A DNA stretch of 35,433 bases from a virus (IMGVR_UViG_3300012007_000007:1-35433), one strand, 5' to 3'. Positions 17,359 through 27,320 are shown, numbered from the stretch's first letter. Numbers and translations are program-made. Notes: generated by a model not told the origin, from the letters alone.

Positions 17359-18405
17359 ATGACCGGATTTCCCGACATAACGCCACTTTTCCTGGAAATC
17401 GCCGCCTGCCCTGACCCGATGCGCAGGGCGATTACCGAGGCGTGCGGGAAGCTCCTCGAGGGGATAGGTCCTTCTTTCACAGAACTGAGCAGGTACCTCA
17501 GGGAAATCAACGAGCCTTCCCCGGCATATCCGGAAAGGTTCGCCGATGAATGGAACTCCCGTAACGAGACGGGGAGGGTCGAGGGCGTACTGCACTTCCT
17601 TTCCGCCGGTACCCCGGAAGCCGTCGAGTCCTTCACCGACATACTGAACCTGGCGCTAGGAAAGCGCGTACCGCTGGCCGAACCGCTGTCGGACAGGGCA
17701 AGGGATGAAATAGACGGGCTTACCGGAAAGGAGCTGTTCAGGCTGAAGGATATCCTGCTTTCCGGGGACACCTCCCGGGAAACCGTGTCCGATGTCCTGG
17801 ACATGGTCCCGCAGACGGCCATGGAAGTGCTCGGGATAAGCATGGGTAACTGGGAGAACTCCGACGAGAGGAACCTGACCCTCCCGGATACCCCCGGGGA
17901 GTCCAGGGTAATCAACGGGTGGCTCGTCCACAACTCCGACAGGGCCAATAGGATTTACGAGGAAGGGTTCCGCAATGGGAACCCGGTAGGATACCTGGCA
18001 TACGGGAAGGATGGCAGGAACGACGATGACGTGTATGCATTCGCGTATCTACTGAAGGACGCTCCAGCACCGGGAGAAAGAACCAGCGGGAACGGGCTGA
18101 AGTACACCTTCGACGGTCCCGGGGCGAGCATCGTGTTCAGGGGGAGCGGCAACGTGGTCCGCCACGCCGGGGATGCCGAGAGGCAAGTCATTTTCGACAA
18201 GAACGAGCCTACCGGGTGCTTCCTGGTGGCTTTCACCGGGAAACCGGGAACCGGCGGGTCTTACGACGAGCCGGGCTGGGGAGGATACGGGAAGAACCCG
18301 GGAAGGGCCTTGGTTTCCGGGAGGTACTACCGGGAATGCCTGGACTGGATTGGGAGGAACGGCGACGCATACGAGAGCCAGATGAAAAAATGGAACGCCG
18401 CATAA
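17359..18405 (+). CDS. putative ADP-ribosyltransferase-fold virion protein (paralog of 28928..29515)
   Basis: WLVHNSD..IYEEGF..YLAY..YAFAY..RHAGDAERQVIF; leader ends KLLEG. Confidence 0.5.
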   Translation: MTGFPDITPLFLEIAACPDPMRRAITEACGKLLEGIGPSFTELSRYLREINEPSPAYPERFADEWNSRNETGRVEGVLHFLSAGTPEAVESFTDILNLALGKRVPLAEPLSDRARDEIDGLTGKELFRLKDILLSGDTSRETVSDVLDMVPQTAMEVLGISMGNWENSDERNLTLPDTPGESRVINGWLVHNSDRANRIYEEGFRNGNPVGYLAYGKDGRNDDDVYAFAYLLKDAPAPGERTSGNGLKYTFDGPGASIVFRGSGNVVRHAGDAERQVIFDKNEPTGCFLVAFTGKPGTGGSYDEPGWGGYGKNPGRALVSGRYYRECLDWIGRNGDAYESQMKKWNAA

Positions 18406-18426
18406 ACATTGTACGAGGATAGACAA

Positions 18427-19428
18427 ATGACTGCATGTTGCGAGGGAATATCCGACAAATCACTTTCGACTGCCCTGCTCGAGGGATACCATGCACTCCT
18501 TGAGGCAAAGGTATGCAAGGAACTCCAGCCAATATTCAACTGGTTGCTACAGACCGGCGACTGGGTATACAAATCCGGCGGCACCCATTCCAACAAGCTC
18601 CAGATTAACGTAGAGCCGAAACTGCTGCCACTGGTCGACCAGCTGATGCGGGATGGGAAAATCAACCCGAAGGATGAAAAGGCATTCAAGCTCGGCATAA
18701 TTTTCACGTCGACCCCGCTGTCATTCAGGCGGGCGATTGATGGAATCCTGAGCGAAATCCGCGGGTGCTACCAGATAGCCGCGGCCCTGGAGCACGCGTA
18801 TTACGGGCACAACGGACAGGAAAACGCTTGGCTGAAAAAGGGAACCGAATTCATGGAAAAGTTCATGGACGGGCGTCCGCTAGACACCACCGGTTCCGAA
18901 TACACCATCAATGCCGTCACTGGAACGGAATCTCCCGAAGAACCAGACATGATTACCGTTACCGGAGAGGACGGCCAGACATGGCAAGTACCCAACTGGA
19001 AGAAGCACCAGGCGTTAGAAAAAAAGAAGAAACTGATGCAGTCCAGCTACAGTATCCCGGGAACCCCGATGATGGAAGGAATATTCAGCGATTTCGGCAA
19101 GAGGCTGGCCAGGGGAATAGTGGCCGCCGCGATGATAGGCGGGTTCATGGCCGGAAACGCCAGTGCGGCCGACACCGCCAAGCAAGCTAGCCCCGGGTCC
19201 GGAAAGGCAAAACCAGAGGTGAACGTAAAGACAATGAATACGAAGTCGGGCACGTTCACATCGGCGGACCTTAGCAACCTGTACATGAGCGAGGCGTACA
19301 ACAAACGTGTCCGTCAGCTGGTTGATGAGGAGTTGAAACGGAAACCCAATGGCGACATACAGTTCATTTACGATTTCGCATGCCTGCAGGCAATGGAGGA
19401 AATCGTTTCCGGCAAGCTGAAACCTTGA
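18427..19428 (+). CDS. putative virion protein with LLEG/LLEA leader and internal signal-peptide-like segment
   Basis: ATAAACA at 18402; GAGGA RBS; ALLEGYHALLEA. Confidence 0.65.
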   Translation: MTACCEGISDKSLSTALLEGYHALLEAKVCKELQPIFNWLLQTGDWVYKSGGTHSNKLQINVEPKLLPLVDQLMRDGKINPKDEKAFKLGIIFTSTPLSFRRAIDGILSEIRGCYQIAAALEHAYYGHNGQENAWLKKGTEFMEKFMDGRPLDTTGSEYTINAVTGTESPEEPDMITVTGEDGQTWQVPNWKKHQALEKKKKLMQSSYSIPGTPMMEGIFSDFGKRLARGIVAAAMIGGFMAGNASAADTAKQASPGSGKAKPEVNVKTMNTKSGTFTSADLSNLYMSEAYNKRVRQLVDEELKRKPNGDIQFIYDFACLQAMEEIVSGKLKP

Positions 19429-19440
19429 TTGTTTCAGCTG

Positions 19441-19453
19441 AATTGCTATATTT
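19441..19453 (+). promoter_or_regulatory. class I promoter motif
   Basis: AATTGCTATATTT followed by the hairpin aggtgtcgggaa-g-ttcccggcacct. Confidence 0.7.
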
Positions 19454-19499
19454 GAGGTGTCGGGAAGTTCCCGGCACCTTTCTTATTGGAAATGGAAAT

Positions 19500-19697
19500 A
19501 TGCAGAGAATCGACGTTGTATTCTGGATTATTATATTTTTGTGGGCATGTTCCAACATCGGAACTTACCTTCTATTCGGCGAGGCGGCGATAATCCCTTC
19601 CGACCTGGTATTCGTCGGATTCCTTCTCCTGCTCATCGTTGTATCCAAGATTTCCAAAAAAATCAACAGATGGCTAGGAACGAAGATATGGGAATAG
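19500..19697 (+). CDS. small two-TM membrane protein
   Basis: MQRIDVVFWIIIFLW...; two hydrophobic helices and a basic tail. Confidence 0.7.
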   Translation: MQRIDVVFWIIIFLWACSNIGTYLLFGEAAIIPSDLVFVGFLLLLIVVSKISKKINRWLGTKIWE

Positions 19698-20119
19698 GGC
19701 GGCTACTCGGGTCCATATACGGGGGACTCTACGTTCTCCTGGTCATCCACTATATACGTCTTCTGTACCACAAGCTGTTCCCCAAAATGCACTACGACTA
19801 CGACCGCGCATCGAAGTACATACTGGCCTATTTTCCTCCCGGAAGCCCCGGGATGCCACTGCTCGCGACCACGATGACCAACAAGAAAACGCTCGCCTGG
19901 CTCGAGAAGGCCCGGGCGACAATGCAGGCATACCTAATCAAGGGAACGATGCGTGTGGTTACCGACGAGGTACCGGAACTGGAAATCAATTATAGATGCG
20001 GTGGTCATGTCATAGCAATGCGCATGCTTACAGACGGTGTGCGTGGTTCCAAGTCCGAATTTGCCCAGGTAATAGCTGATATTTTTACCGAAGCAAAAGA
20101 GCTAGCCGCTAAAGGCTAG
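19688..20119 (+). CDS. N-terminal tag family protein (divergent)
   Basis: IYGGLYVLLVIHYIRLLYHKLFP. Confidence 0.7.
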   Translation: MGIGRLLGSIYGGLYVLLVIHYIRLLYHKLFPKMHYDYDRASKYILAYFPPGSPGMPLLATTMTNKKTLAWLEKARATMQAYLIKGTMRVVTDEVPELEINYRCGGHVIAMRMLTDGVRGSKSEFAQVIADIFTEAKELAAKG

Positions 20120-20126
20120 CCCAATT

Positions 20127-20318
20127 TCAAGCATATATCTCTTCTTCCTCGACTCCATACAAGGTATAGTTGGCGGAGTCTTCCATGGCTTTGTCGAACG
20201 CCTCCATGCATTTGTCGCACAGGTACCATGGGGTGGTTTCCACCGCGTTATACCAGAAGCAGTTGAGCATAGAGTAGGTCTTGCACTGCTCGCACCTACC
20301 GTATGACTTCAGGCTCAT
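20127..20318 (-). CDS. small zinc-finger protein
   Basis: CEQC...LCDKC; GGAGGA RBS. Confidence 0.65.
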   Translation of the reverse strand: MSLKSYGRCEQCKTYSMLNCFWYNAVETTPWYLCDKCMEAFDKAMEDSANYTLYGVEEEEIYA

Positions 20319-20709
20319 TCTGTTTCCTCCTTGCCAGCCATTCTTCCATTATGGCCGAATATCTTTCCGGTACGTCAGCAGGCTGGCACCTCCCGGCAAG
20401 CAGCTTTCTACGCCAGTAGTCCCAGGAACCGAAGGTCACCCCGAACTTCTCCAGAAACGCCTTCTTGTACTTCACGACGTACTGCTGGCACTGTTCCCGG
20501 TGGTTCTCGAAGTATCGCCGGCACTGCCTGGCGTTGGCGATTCTCCCCTTCTCGGAGTGCCTGTACTTCTTGTTGGCCACCTGGTTCCTGCGACGCCGCT
20601 CGGCTATTACCTGCTCGTGTATCGATGTTGTTGGCTTGTTAACTTTTCCTGGCATTTGGGCTGCCAGTGCCCTTTGCCACATGTCTTCCACAGACCCGTT
20701 CATCGGCAT
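20296..20709 (-). CDS. basic helical hypothetical protein
   Basis: AAGAGGA RBS; class I motif at 20769..20781. Confidence 0.7.
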   Translation of the reverse strand: MPMNGSVEDMWQRALAAQMPGKVNKPTTSIHEQVIAERRRRNQVANKKYRHSEKGRIANARQCRRYFENHREQCQQYVVKYKKAFLEKFGVTFGSWDYWRRKLLAGRCQPADVPERYSAIMEEWLARRKQNEPEVIR

Positions 20710-20768
20710 TGTTGCTTCCTCTTGATGTAATGTAGTTAGACCACGAGAAAAATATATTCCCTCTACAT

Positions 20769-20781
20769 AAATATAGCAAAA
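20769..20781 (-). promoter_or_regulatory. class I promoter motif
   Basis: TTTTGCTATATTT on the minus strand. Confidence 0.72.
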
Positions 20782-20847
20782 AAAACTTATTTCGCGATAG
20801 CGAATATATGATTTTTCTGCTTGTTTTTTGTGACTACATACAAATTT

Positions 20848-20870
20848 AAAAAGCCGTGCTGATGCACGGC
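20848..20870 (-). terminator. intrinsic terminator
   Basis: gccgtgc-atca-gcacggc-ttttt on the minus strand. Confidence 0.75.
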
Positions 20871-20897
20871 ATTCCAATGTCCTGTACTGGACCGTTC

Positions 20898-21470
20898 CTA
20901 CCATATCGTTTTCAACTCGGAAAGCATTGCCATGCGCACCCGGTTAATCACCTGCTCAAGCCGCTTGTCGGTAAGCATTCTGTCGACCTTGTCGATTCGG
21001 AACGTCCCCTTGCCGGCACCCAGCTCGAAGTTTTTCCCGAAACGTATGAGGCCTCGAGGATTCTTCGCGCGTACGGCCAGTTGCTTTCCCTGGACTTCTA
21101 TGTAGTTTTCCCCGAACGACACCACCTTGCTGATATTAACAATCCTGAAATTATCCTTGATGATTGGACCGTCGCCAATCATCCTGCTCTCACGCTCGTA
21201 TGTAAGAACGACCTTTCCCTTGTAATAGGCGTTCAGCTTCTTGAGTGTAGCCTTCTCCTCCGAACGGCTCACCTCCCGGTACTTGTCCTCGGCAACCCTC
21301 AGGGCATCCCTGGCCTTATCCCGGGCATCCCGGGCTTCCTGCAGTTTCTTGCTCGGAGTTGGAGTCACCTTGGCCATTTTCTCTGGTGTACTTGTAAACA
21401 GCATTTCCTCAATTACCGAAAAGTTAGGCTTGTGGTCGTTTCTTTTCTCGGTTTTAGTAGTATTTGTCAT
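20898..21470 (-). CDS. hypothetical protein
   Basis: AGGAG RBS; own promoter and terminator. Confidence 0.8.
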   Translation of the reverse strand: MTNTTKTEKRNDHKPNFSVIEEMLFTSTPEKMAKVTPTPSKKLQEARDARDKARDALRVAEDKYREVSRSEEKATLKKLNAYYKGKVVLTYERESRMIGDGPIIKDNFRIVNISKVVSFGENYIEVQGKQLAVRAKNPRGLIRFGKNFELGAGKGTFRIDKVDRMLTDKRLEQVINRVRMAMLSELKTIW

Positions 21471-21557
21471 GATTGCTCCTATCTAACAAGGCTTTGCCCA
21501 CCCAAGATGTTGCTCGGGCATTTTTCGCTACGAAATGAACGGGATTCAGCCTAGTTC

Positions 21558-21570
21558 AAATATAGCAAAA
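21558..21570 (-). promoter_or_regulatory. class I promoter motif
   Basis: TTTTGCTATATTT on the minus strand. Confidence 0.75.
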
Positions 21571-21607
21571 TCGCGTCTATTTGGCAATAGCAACACTTTG
21601 GGTGTAC

Positions 21608-22060
21608 TTAGCCTTTCAATACAAAGTTTGTCATCCGGGCTAAACCGACGTCTTTCAAGGAATCCTGCAGGCTGTCCAGGTATGATTCGGTGCCGTGTAT
21701 AGCCTGCTCGTACAGCTGGATTATGACGGACCTCGTCACATCGACATCAAGTCCGCTTTCCAGGTCGGCACTCTTGATTGCCGACGAGATGAACTTTTTG
21801 TATCCGGATTCTCCAAGAACTGACTTGACTTTCCTGAGAAGACCTATCTGTACCTTGAACACATGCTGCCCGTGGTCGTCGACCGTATGGCCTTGCTTGG
21901 CGAATTTGTCATAGTCGAATTCCAGCATGTACATTGTCCGCCCATGGCCGACATTCTTCTTGCGCCGTTTCTCTACAGCGACGTTACACATGGAAAGGAC
22001 CTGGCCGTCATGTGCGGATATGATTGCCTTGAACTTTGATAGTCTAATGTTCTTGCTCAT
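21608..22060 (-). CDS. hypothetical protein
   Basis: MSKNIRLSK start; motif variant AATTACTATATTT at 22113..22125. Confidence 0.72.
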   Translation of the reverse strand: MSKNIRLSKFKAIISAHDGQVLSMCNVAVEKRRKKNVGHGRTMYMLEFDYDKFAKQGHTVDDHGQHVFKVQIGLLRKVKSVLGESGYKKFISSAIKSADLESGLDVDVTRSVIIQLYEQAIHGTESYLDSLQDSLKDVGLARMTNFVLKG

Positions 22061-22138
22061 TTTTGGATATCCTAAGTACATATGCACGTCATTTTCCTTT
22101 ATGATGTACTACAAATATAGTAATTTTCCCATATGATA

Positions 22139-22166
22139 GAAAAATCGGGCCCGGCTGGGCCCGATT
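22139..22166 (-). terminator. intrinsic terminator
   Basis: aatcgggccc-agcc-gggcccgatt followed by T-run on the minus strand. Confidence 0.8.
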
Positions 22167-22188
22167 CAATAACTTGCCAAATGCCGGG

Positions 22189-25100
22189 TTATTTCAGCTT
22201 CAGCTCTGGCTCATCCTTGGACTGGACGTACTTCTGCTTGGTTTCCCCGAGAGTTTCCAGCTTTGTGAGCATGCTCTTCAATTCCTCCGACCAGTCCTTG
22301 CTGTTATCCCACCAGCCCGGCACATTGAATCCATACTTTGCAGAATCAGTCAACTGCAACTTGTTGTGTTCCCCATACCGATTCGCCACGATGCGGAAAG
22401 CATCCAGTATGCCGTTCTGCCGCATGAGCTTGGCGGCAGCCACCACGTACTTGTTCTTGGCATTGCGCAGCATGAAGTCGGTCAAGTTGTAGAACCGCTT
22501 GAGCAGGGTCGTTTCGGCCTCCGCCCTGGCGACATCGGTCCACTTCCTGGTGTTCGAGTATATGCTGTCGTACGCATCGAGGATTACCCTGTATATCGAC
22601 ACGACATACTCCGGGAAGTTCATAGACTTCATGTACTTCTTCAGCTGTGTCTCGTTAATCATGCCGTTCACGGTACGGTCCGTAATATCCATGTCGTCCA
22701 CCGGCGTCTCGTCGAACTGACGGACCATTTCGGTATCGAGGAACTCCTTGTTTACCAATCCCTGCTTATTCAACACGACGGCGGTTTCATACGGTATGTG
22801 CCGTCCGGAATGTATCGCATCGGAAATTGCCTTCTTGACGGCATTCAAAACCGGGCGCTTGCGGAATGCCTTACTCGTGGTGACATAAGTTATGTCAGAA
22901 CCTTGTTCGGCCGAGAGCAAGTAGTCCACTACGTAGTCTACATATTCCTGGTCGTTTACCTTGCCATTGGAACTCATTGCCGGCACGATATACGTGTCTA
23001 TGAACTGCTTCTTTCCCTTTCGTTCAGCAGCTGCGGGCCAACCTTCCACCGGTATGTTGACATAGAACTTTCTCCATGACTGGAATGGCGGACATAGCAG
23101 TTCGGTCGCTGCCTGACTATTGCTGTCAAAATACAGTTCAGTAAATATCGGGTCACCGGCATCCAGCGCCCCTGTCCTTTCCAATTCGACAAATACAAGT
23201 GTGCAGGAGAATATGCCCCAGTCATTGCGCCGGGTTTCAAGGTCTGCCGACCGGTATCCTTCCTTCAGAATGTCGGCCAGGTTCTTGGACAGGTACGACG
23301 TATCCCTCGAATATGTGTGCTCAATCATAGCGGCTTGCGGAAAGACGTAGTTGCATACCTGAATCGGTGTTACGTGCTCCATTATCTCGGGGAACTTCCC
23401 GATTGCCATCATGGTCGCCGCGCCCATGGCGCTCAGCATGGCGTTCTTGTTCGACGGGATGCTCTCGCCCTTCTCTATCTGCTTCAGTGCCAGGGAAACC
23501 GCTGCTGTTCTATCCACATGGTTATCCGGGGCGACGCAGTAATACGCGAGCTTCAACGATGGGCGAAGGTTCTTTTCCATCCCTTCCAGCCCGGGCACTA
23601 TCTTCGTCACCTCGGCCAGGTTATGCACGCTGGTCAGGAGGTTCCTGGCATCCAGCTTTAGGTGGCTGGACGTATCCAGGCACAGGTTGGCAACTTCTTT
23701 AGCGCTCCTGCCTTCGAACAGTCTAGCTATGCGGTCACGTCCCAGGGCAAGCACGTTCATCACTATATCGTTGCTACGGGTTGCGCCATCTTCCGAGAAC
23801 AGCAAATGTTTCAGTAATTCGGTGGCGTTTTCCGGTAGCGGTATTTCCGGGAAGCGTCCATACGCCTGCAGTATCTTGTTTATAATATAAGTAGCACCTC
23901 CCCATCTTCCCCCGGGATTCCTCATTACCAATCCACTGAATATCCCGGAGGCGACCCGGTCATTCCCTAGGATTCGCTCGGCTATCGGCTTCGCCTTCTC
24001 GGGCGGGTTGGTATTCACTATGTACTCGATTACCTGTGACAGTGAACTGTCGTACGCATTGGCCTTTTTGTTGTATTCCTGGATTCGGGGATTGTCATAG
24101 TCCCTGTAAATGTCCAGCCCTTCCGGTTTCACCGGGCGTCCGGCAATAACATTGTCGATAAGCGGGTCAAGGATTTCCGGGTCCACCTCGAACGAGGCCA
24201 CCTCGGCCGCAATGCTCATCAGCCTCTCCAGGTTGGACGGCTCCGTCCGGACGAAAGCCTTCTGCATTTCCGGCGTCAGGAGGTGAATGTCGTAATTGGC
24301 GAACTCCTCGAGCGAAATCTTGCGTGAAGCAATCAGTTCCTTCAATTCCTCTTCATTGAAGGGGCATTCGCCGCATGCCGCGCATATGACATCGAACGGA
24401 TTTCGACCAAACGCATTGTCTGAATTGCCGTAATAGCTGCGTTCTTCTCCCCAGTTGCTGAACCTGGACGAATTCTTGTATGTCGGCATGCCAGTGAAGT
24501 TAATCAGCACCTGGCTTATCGACCAACCATTCTTATATATGCGCTTCAGGTCGTCTACAGTAAGGATGCCTTCCTGCACTGCACCCTGCCAGAACAGAAT
24601 CCTCTTCTCCGTGTTACCGAACAGCTCCGGCTTGTTCTCGCTCACATACTCGATGAACTCCGGGTCGTCTCCCATGAAGTCCTTCACGCCGAAGTTGTTG
24701 TGCGTAGCGTAACCGTAGTCGTACCTGTAGCCGACACCGGTAACCTTGTTCTTCAGGAGCCACTTGACGTACGGCTGTATCATCTTCCTGTACTTGTTCG
24801 GCTGGTTGCCCCAGGACTTGGATTCCTCAATCTTCCCGTCCGGGGACAGGATAACCGTAAGGTAAGCCTTTCCCTTGGCATCTCGTAATTCCCAGTACTG
24901 GTTATCGGAATTCCTATCCGGCGTATTGCCGCAGTGGTGCATTGTCTTCGCGGTGATATAGGATGGCATGTATGATGAAATCGCCCCGTTCTCGTTGACC
25001 GCATAGACCCACTTGAACCCGTCGGGAAACTCGTGGAACACCTTGACACGGTTCCAAATCTTCTCCTCCTCGGGAGTCAGGTTCGGATACGGCTTGTCGG

Positions 25101-25524
25101 ACTGTACCTTGTGCTCGACTGCCTGGGAAAGAAGTTCGGCTGCCTGGTTTGGCAAGGTGTCGCTGTTCACCTTGGAAAGGAACTTAGTGTCTAGCAGGTT
25201 GTGTATGAACAGGTCATGGATGGCATGAAGGCGTTCCTCGGTGGTGAAACCTGGCTGGCGGATTTCCATCAGGTATAGGAAGTTCAATACCTTCTGGGAG
25301 TTCTTCTCGCCAATCTGGTTGGTCATGTCCTCCTGGGACCACAGCGCCTGCACCGACTGCTTCGCCGCCTGGAACCTACCGGGGTCGCCGGTGTTGTCCG
25401 CCTCGCGCTTGAGGAAGTCCTTGTTGATGTTCTGTGCCTCGAGAAGACCCAGGCCCGAGCGTACCGCCTCGGCGAAGGCCGTGGGGAACGAAGATTTTTC
25501 CAGGAATGTATCTAGCGATTTCAT
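22189..25524 (-). CDS. 1111-aa protein with PcfJ-like domain, putative virion cargo
   Basis: TMHHCGN..WELRD..YLTVIL..KSWGN resembles PcfJ-like domains; leader ends GLLEA; class II promoter. Confidence 0.6.
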   Translation of the reverse strand: MKSLDTFLEKSSFPTAFAEAVRSGLGLLEAQNINKDFLKREADNTGDPGRFQAAKQSVQALWSQEDMTNQIGEKNSQKVLNFLYLMEIRQPGFTTEERLHAIHDLFIHNLLDTKFLSKVNSDTLPNQAAELLSQAVEHKVQSDKPYPNLTPEEEKIWNRVKVFHEFPDGFKWVYAVNENGAISSYMPSYITAKTMHHCGNTPDRNSDNQYWELRDAKGKAYLTVILSPDGKIEESKSWGNQPNKYRKMIQPYVKWLLKNKVTGVGYRYDYGYATHNNFGVKDFMGDDPEFIEYVSENKPELFGNTEKRILFWQGAVQEGILTVDDLKRIYKNGWSISQVLINFTGMPTYKNSSRFSNWGEERSYYGNSDNAFGRNPFDVICAACGECPFNEEELKELIASRKISLEEFANYDIHLLTPEMQKAFVRTEPSNLERLMSIAAEVASFEVDPEILDPLIDNVIAGRPVKPEGLDIYRDYDNPRIQEYNKKANAYDSSLSQVIEYIVNTNPPEKAKPIAERILGNDRVASGIFSGLVMRNPGGRWGGATYIINKILQAYGRFPEIPLPENATELLKHLLFSEDGATRSNDIVMNVLALGRDRIARLFEGRSAKEVANLCLDTSSHLKLDARNLLTSVHNLAEVTKIVPGLEGMEKNLRPSLKLAYYCVAPDNHVDRTAAVSLALKQIEKGESIPSNKNAMLSAMGAATMMAIGKFPEIMEHVTPIQVCNYVFPQAAMIEHTYSRDTSYLSKNLADILKEGYRSADLETRRNDWGIFSCTLVFVELERTGALDAGDPIFTELYFDSNSQAATELLCPPFQSWRKFYVNIPVEGWPAAAERKGKKQFIDTYIVPAMSSNGKVNDQEYVDYVVDYLLSAEQGSDITYVTTSKAFRKRPVLNAVKKAISDAIHSGRHIPYETAVVLNKQGLVNKEFLDTEMVRQFDETPVDDMDITDRTVNGMINETQLKKYMKSMNFPEYVVSIYRVILDAYDSIYSNTRKWTDVARAEAETTLLKRFYNLTDFMLRNAKNKYVVAAAKLMRQNGILDAFRIVANRYGEHNKLQLTDSAKYGFNVPGWWDNSKDWSEELKSMLTKLETLGETKQKYVQSKDEPELKLK

Positions 25525-25531
25525 ATTTGCC

Positions 25532-25538
25532 AGTTTAT
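25532..25538 (-). promoter_or_regulatory. class II promoter ATAAACT
   Basis: ATAAACT-GGCAAAT-ATG (7-nt gap). Confidence 0.65.
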
Positions 25539-25542
25539 ATAC

Positions 25543-26028
25543 CTACGCAGTCCATACCACGCCGTAATCTTTGCATAATTCCCGTACCTCGGAATATATC
25601 CGCCGGTAGACATCCTCCCGGAGATACCGGAATCCGTCCGGGGAATGCCTTCCATTGCACATCTCAGTACCTAGGTAAGTATGGATACACCCTGGATAGT
25701 TGCTCGATAGCGGGCGTCCTATCTTCATGCTGAACTCGCCCCGCTCGTGGACAATTGTCATCTGCAACTCAAGGGGCTTGGCTGCGGCGGCAACCCGGTT
25801 GAAGATGTCTGCCAGCCAGGTCGCGTCGCACTTCTCTACCAGGGCCAGTGCGATGTACACGTTCATCAGGGTCATCGAGTCTATCGTGGTCACGTACAGG
25901 ACAGTGTAGTATTCAGGATTACTGGTGATATTCCGGAAGCCCTTTCTCCCAGTAGGTGACAGGAGCTTCCTAAGCAGCCTCCGCAGGAAGTGCAGGGCGA
26001 TGGCAAGGTATACCGCAACCCGAATCAT
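25543..26028 (-). CDS. N-terminal tag family protein
   Basis: MIRVAVYLAIALHFLRRLLRKLLSP. Confidence 0.78.
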   Translation of the reverse strand: MIRVAVYLAIALHFLRRLLRKLLSPTGRKGFRNITSNPEYYTVLYVTTIDSMTLMNVYIALALVEKCDATWLADIFNRVAAAAKPLELQMTIVHERGEFSMKIGRPLSSNYPGCIHTYLGTEMCNGRHSPDGFRYLREDVYRRIYSEVRELCKDYGVVWTA

Positions 26029-26465
26029 GGCAGCACCTTCCTGACAATGCTCAAAATGTAGTCGAGACTCGGCTGTATGTCCGGGATTGTCCTTACGAAC
26101 GCTCCGGGGCGGTTTCCGTCCTCGTTGTTGCCCCTCTTGTAGTAGAATCCGATGTAGACGTACTCGTTGTTTTTCCAGAAGTAGGAGACGCCCGTCTTCA
26201 GACCGTACCGCGCGGCAATATCGTCGAGTTCTCCGTCGCTGGTAAAAGTGCCGCAGTTCGGCACCTGCTTGAGCGGTATGTACAGACGCTTGTTCCTTGC
26301 CATCGAGCCGAGTACCAGCTCGAACCCCAGGCACAGGGCCGTGCCCTCGAACGGTATCGGGCAAGTGCACATGAACGCCGGCGGCCTCGAGGACGGGAGG
26401 AGCTTCCATAAAAACCTCCGGAGGAACGACAGGAATATCAACAAGTAGCAAGCATTCCTCAGCAT
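26025..26465 (-). CDS. N-terminal tag family protein
   Basis: MLRNACYLLIFLSFLRRFLWKLLP. Confidence 0.78.
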   Translation of the reverse strand: MLRNACYLLIFLSFLRRFLWKLLPSSRPPAFMCTCPIPFEGTALCLGFELVLGSMARNKRLYIPLKQVPNCGTFTSDGELDDIAARYGLKTGVSYFWKNNEYVYIGFYYKRGNNEDGNRPGAFVRTIPDIQPSLDYILSIVRKVLP

Positions 26466-26890
26466 ATCTTCAGTCCATTTATTTGACGTTCGAGAACCTG
26501 CAAGTCACGATATAGTCGTTGTCTCTCAATCGGATTCAGTATACATGTAAACCCATGATATTCTCCACTAAGCAGGTATATCGGCCCCACGCCTACTATC
26601 TGCGACTCACCACGCTCCAATGTACTGTTTGGTTGCACATATATCAAGTCCTTCGTGTGGGCCCTCAATGCCTCGTACAGGTACTCCCGGTCCTGGGATG
26701 ATATGTCATTGGGCACGGAGCATAGATACATTATATGGCCTTCGTCAGTCCGGATAAACCATATGTTCTTGTCGTCATCCATCTTCATCTTGACAGGTTG
26801 CACCGGGATAATCCTGTCGACTACCTTCCTGAGGAAGGACAGGCAAATCAGCGCGTAGACCGGTGTCCTTATCGTTCTCAGGAGTTCCAT
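26459..26890 (-). CDS. N-terminal tag family protein
   Basis: TPVYALICLSFLRKVVDRIIP. Confidence 0.78.
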   Translation of the reverse strand: MELLRTIRTPVYALICLSFLRKVVDRIIPVQPVKMKMDDDKNIWFIRTDEGHIMYLCSVPNDISSQDREYLYEALRAHTKDLIYVQPNSTLERGESQIVGVGPIYLLSGEYHGFTCILNPIERQRLYRDLQVLERQINGLKIC

Positions 26891-27300
26891 AGAATCTCCG
26901 ATGCCTTTCCGGCCACGTTCCTCGCGATTTTCCTGCGTTCCCCCTCGCTCAGGTTCGGGAACTTAATTAACCCACTGACTACAGCGAGCGCACTTCCCTT
27001 CAGGAACTTCATCTCCGAAAGGTTGTTGGGCGCACCGTACACCTTCGACCTGTTGTCCGCGGCATACTTCGCCAGTGCGTCGGCACCCATGTTGACTATG
27101 CGGAACCCCTCGAACTGGGTGACTCCGTAGTGGACGCCAGTCTTTACTTTCCTGCAAACTATAATCGGGCCATTCGCCAGGTGGACCGAATGGTACATGT
27201 CCCGGTCCCCAGAATACGACAGCTTCCCTACCATCCGGCGTACGAACCATATGGCTATTGCGATGTACAGTGCGTTGTAGATGCTGCGGGATAGTCTCAC
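26878..27300 (-). CDS. N-terminal tag family protein (leaderless GTG)
   Basis: IYNALYIAIAIWFVRRMVGKL; GTG 5 nt after class I motif. Confidence 0.78.
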   Translation of the reverse strand: MRLSRSIYNALYIAIAIWFVRRMVGKLSYSGDRDMYHSVHLANGPIIVCRKVKTGVHYGVTQFEGFRIVNMGADALAKYAADNRSKVYGAPNNLSEMKFLKGSALAVVSGLIKFPNLSEGERRKIARNVAGKASEILWNS

Positions 27301-27305
27301 GGCTC

Positions 27306-27318
27306 AAATATAGCAATT
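27306..27318 (-). promoter_or_regulatory. class I promoter motif
   Basis: AATTGCTATATTT-GAGCC-GTG. Confidence 0.75.
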
Positions 27319-27320
27319 TT

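Noticed and set aside
20710-20897. AT-rich gap as a replication origin or tRNA
   Set aside because: Explained by a terminator plus promoter; no iterons or cloverleaf seen.
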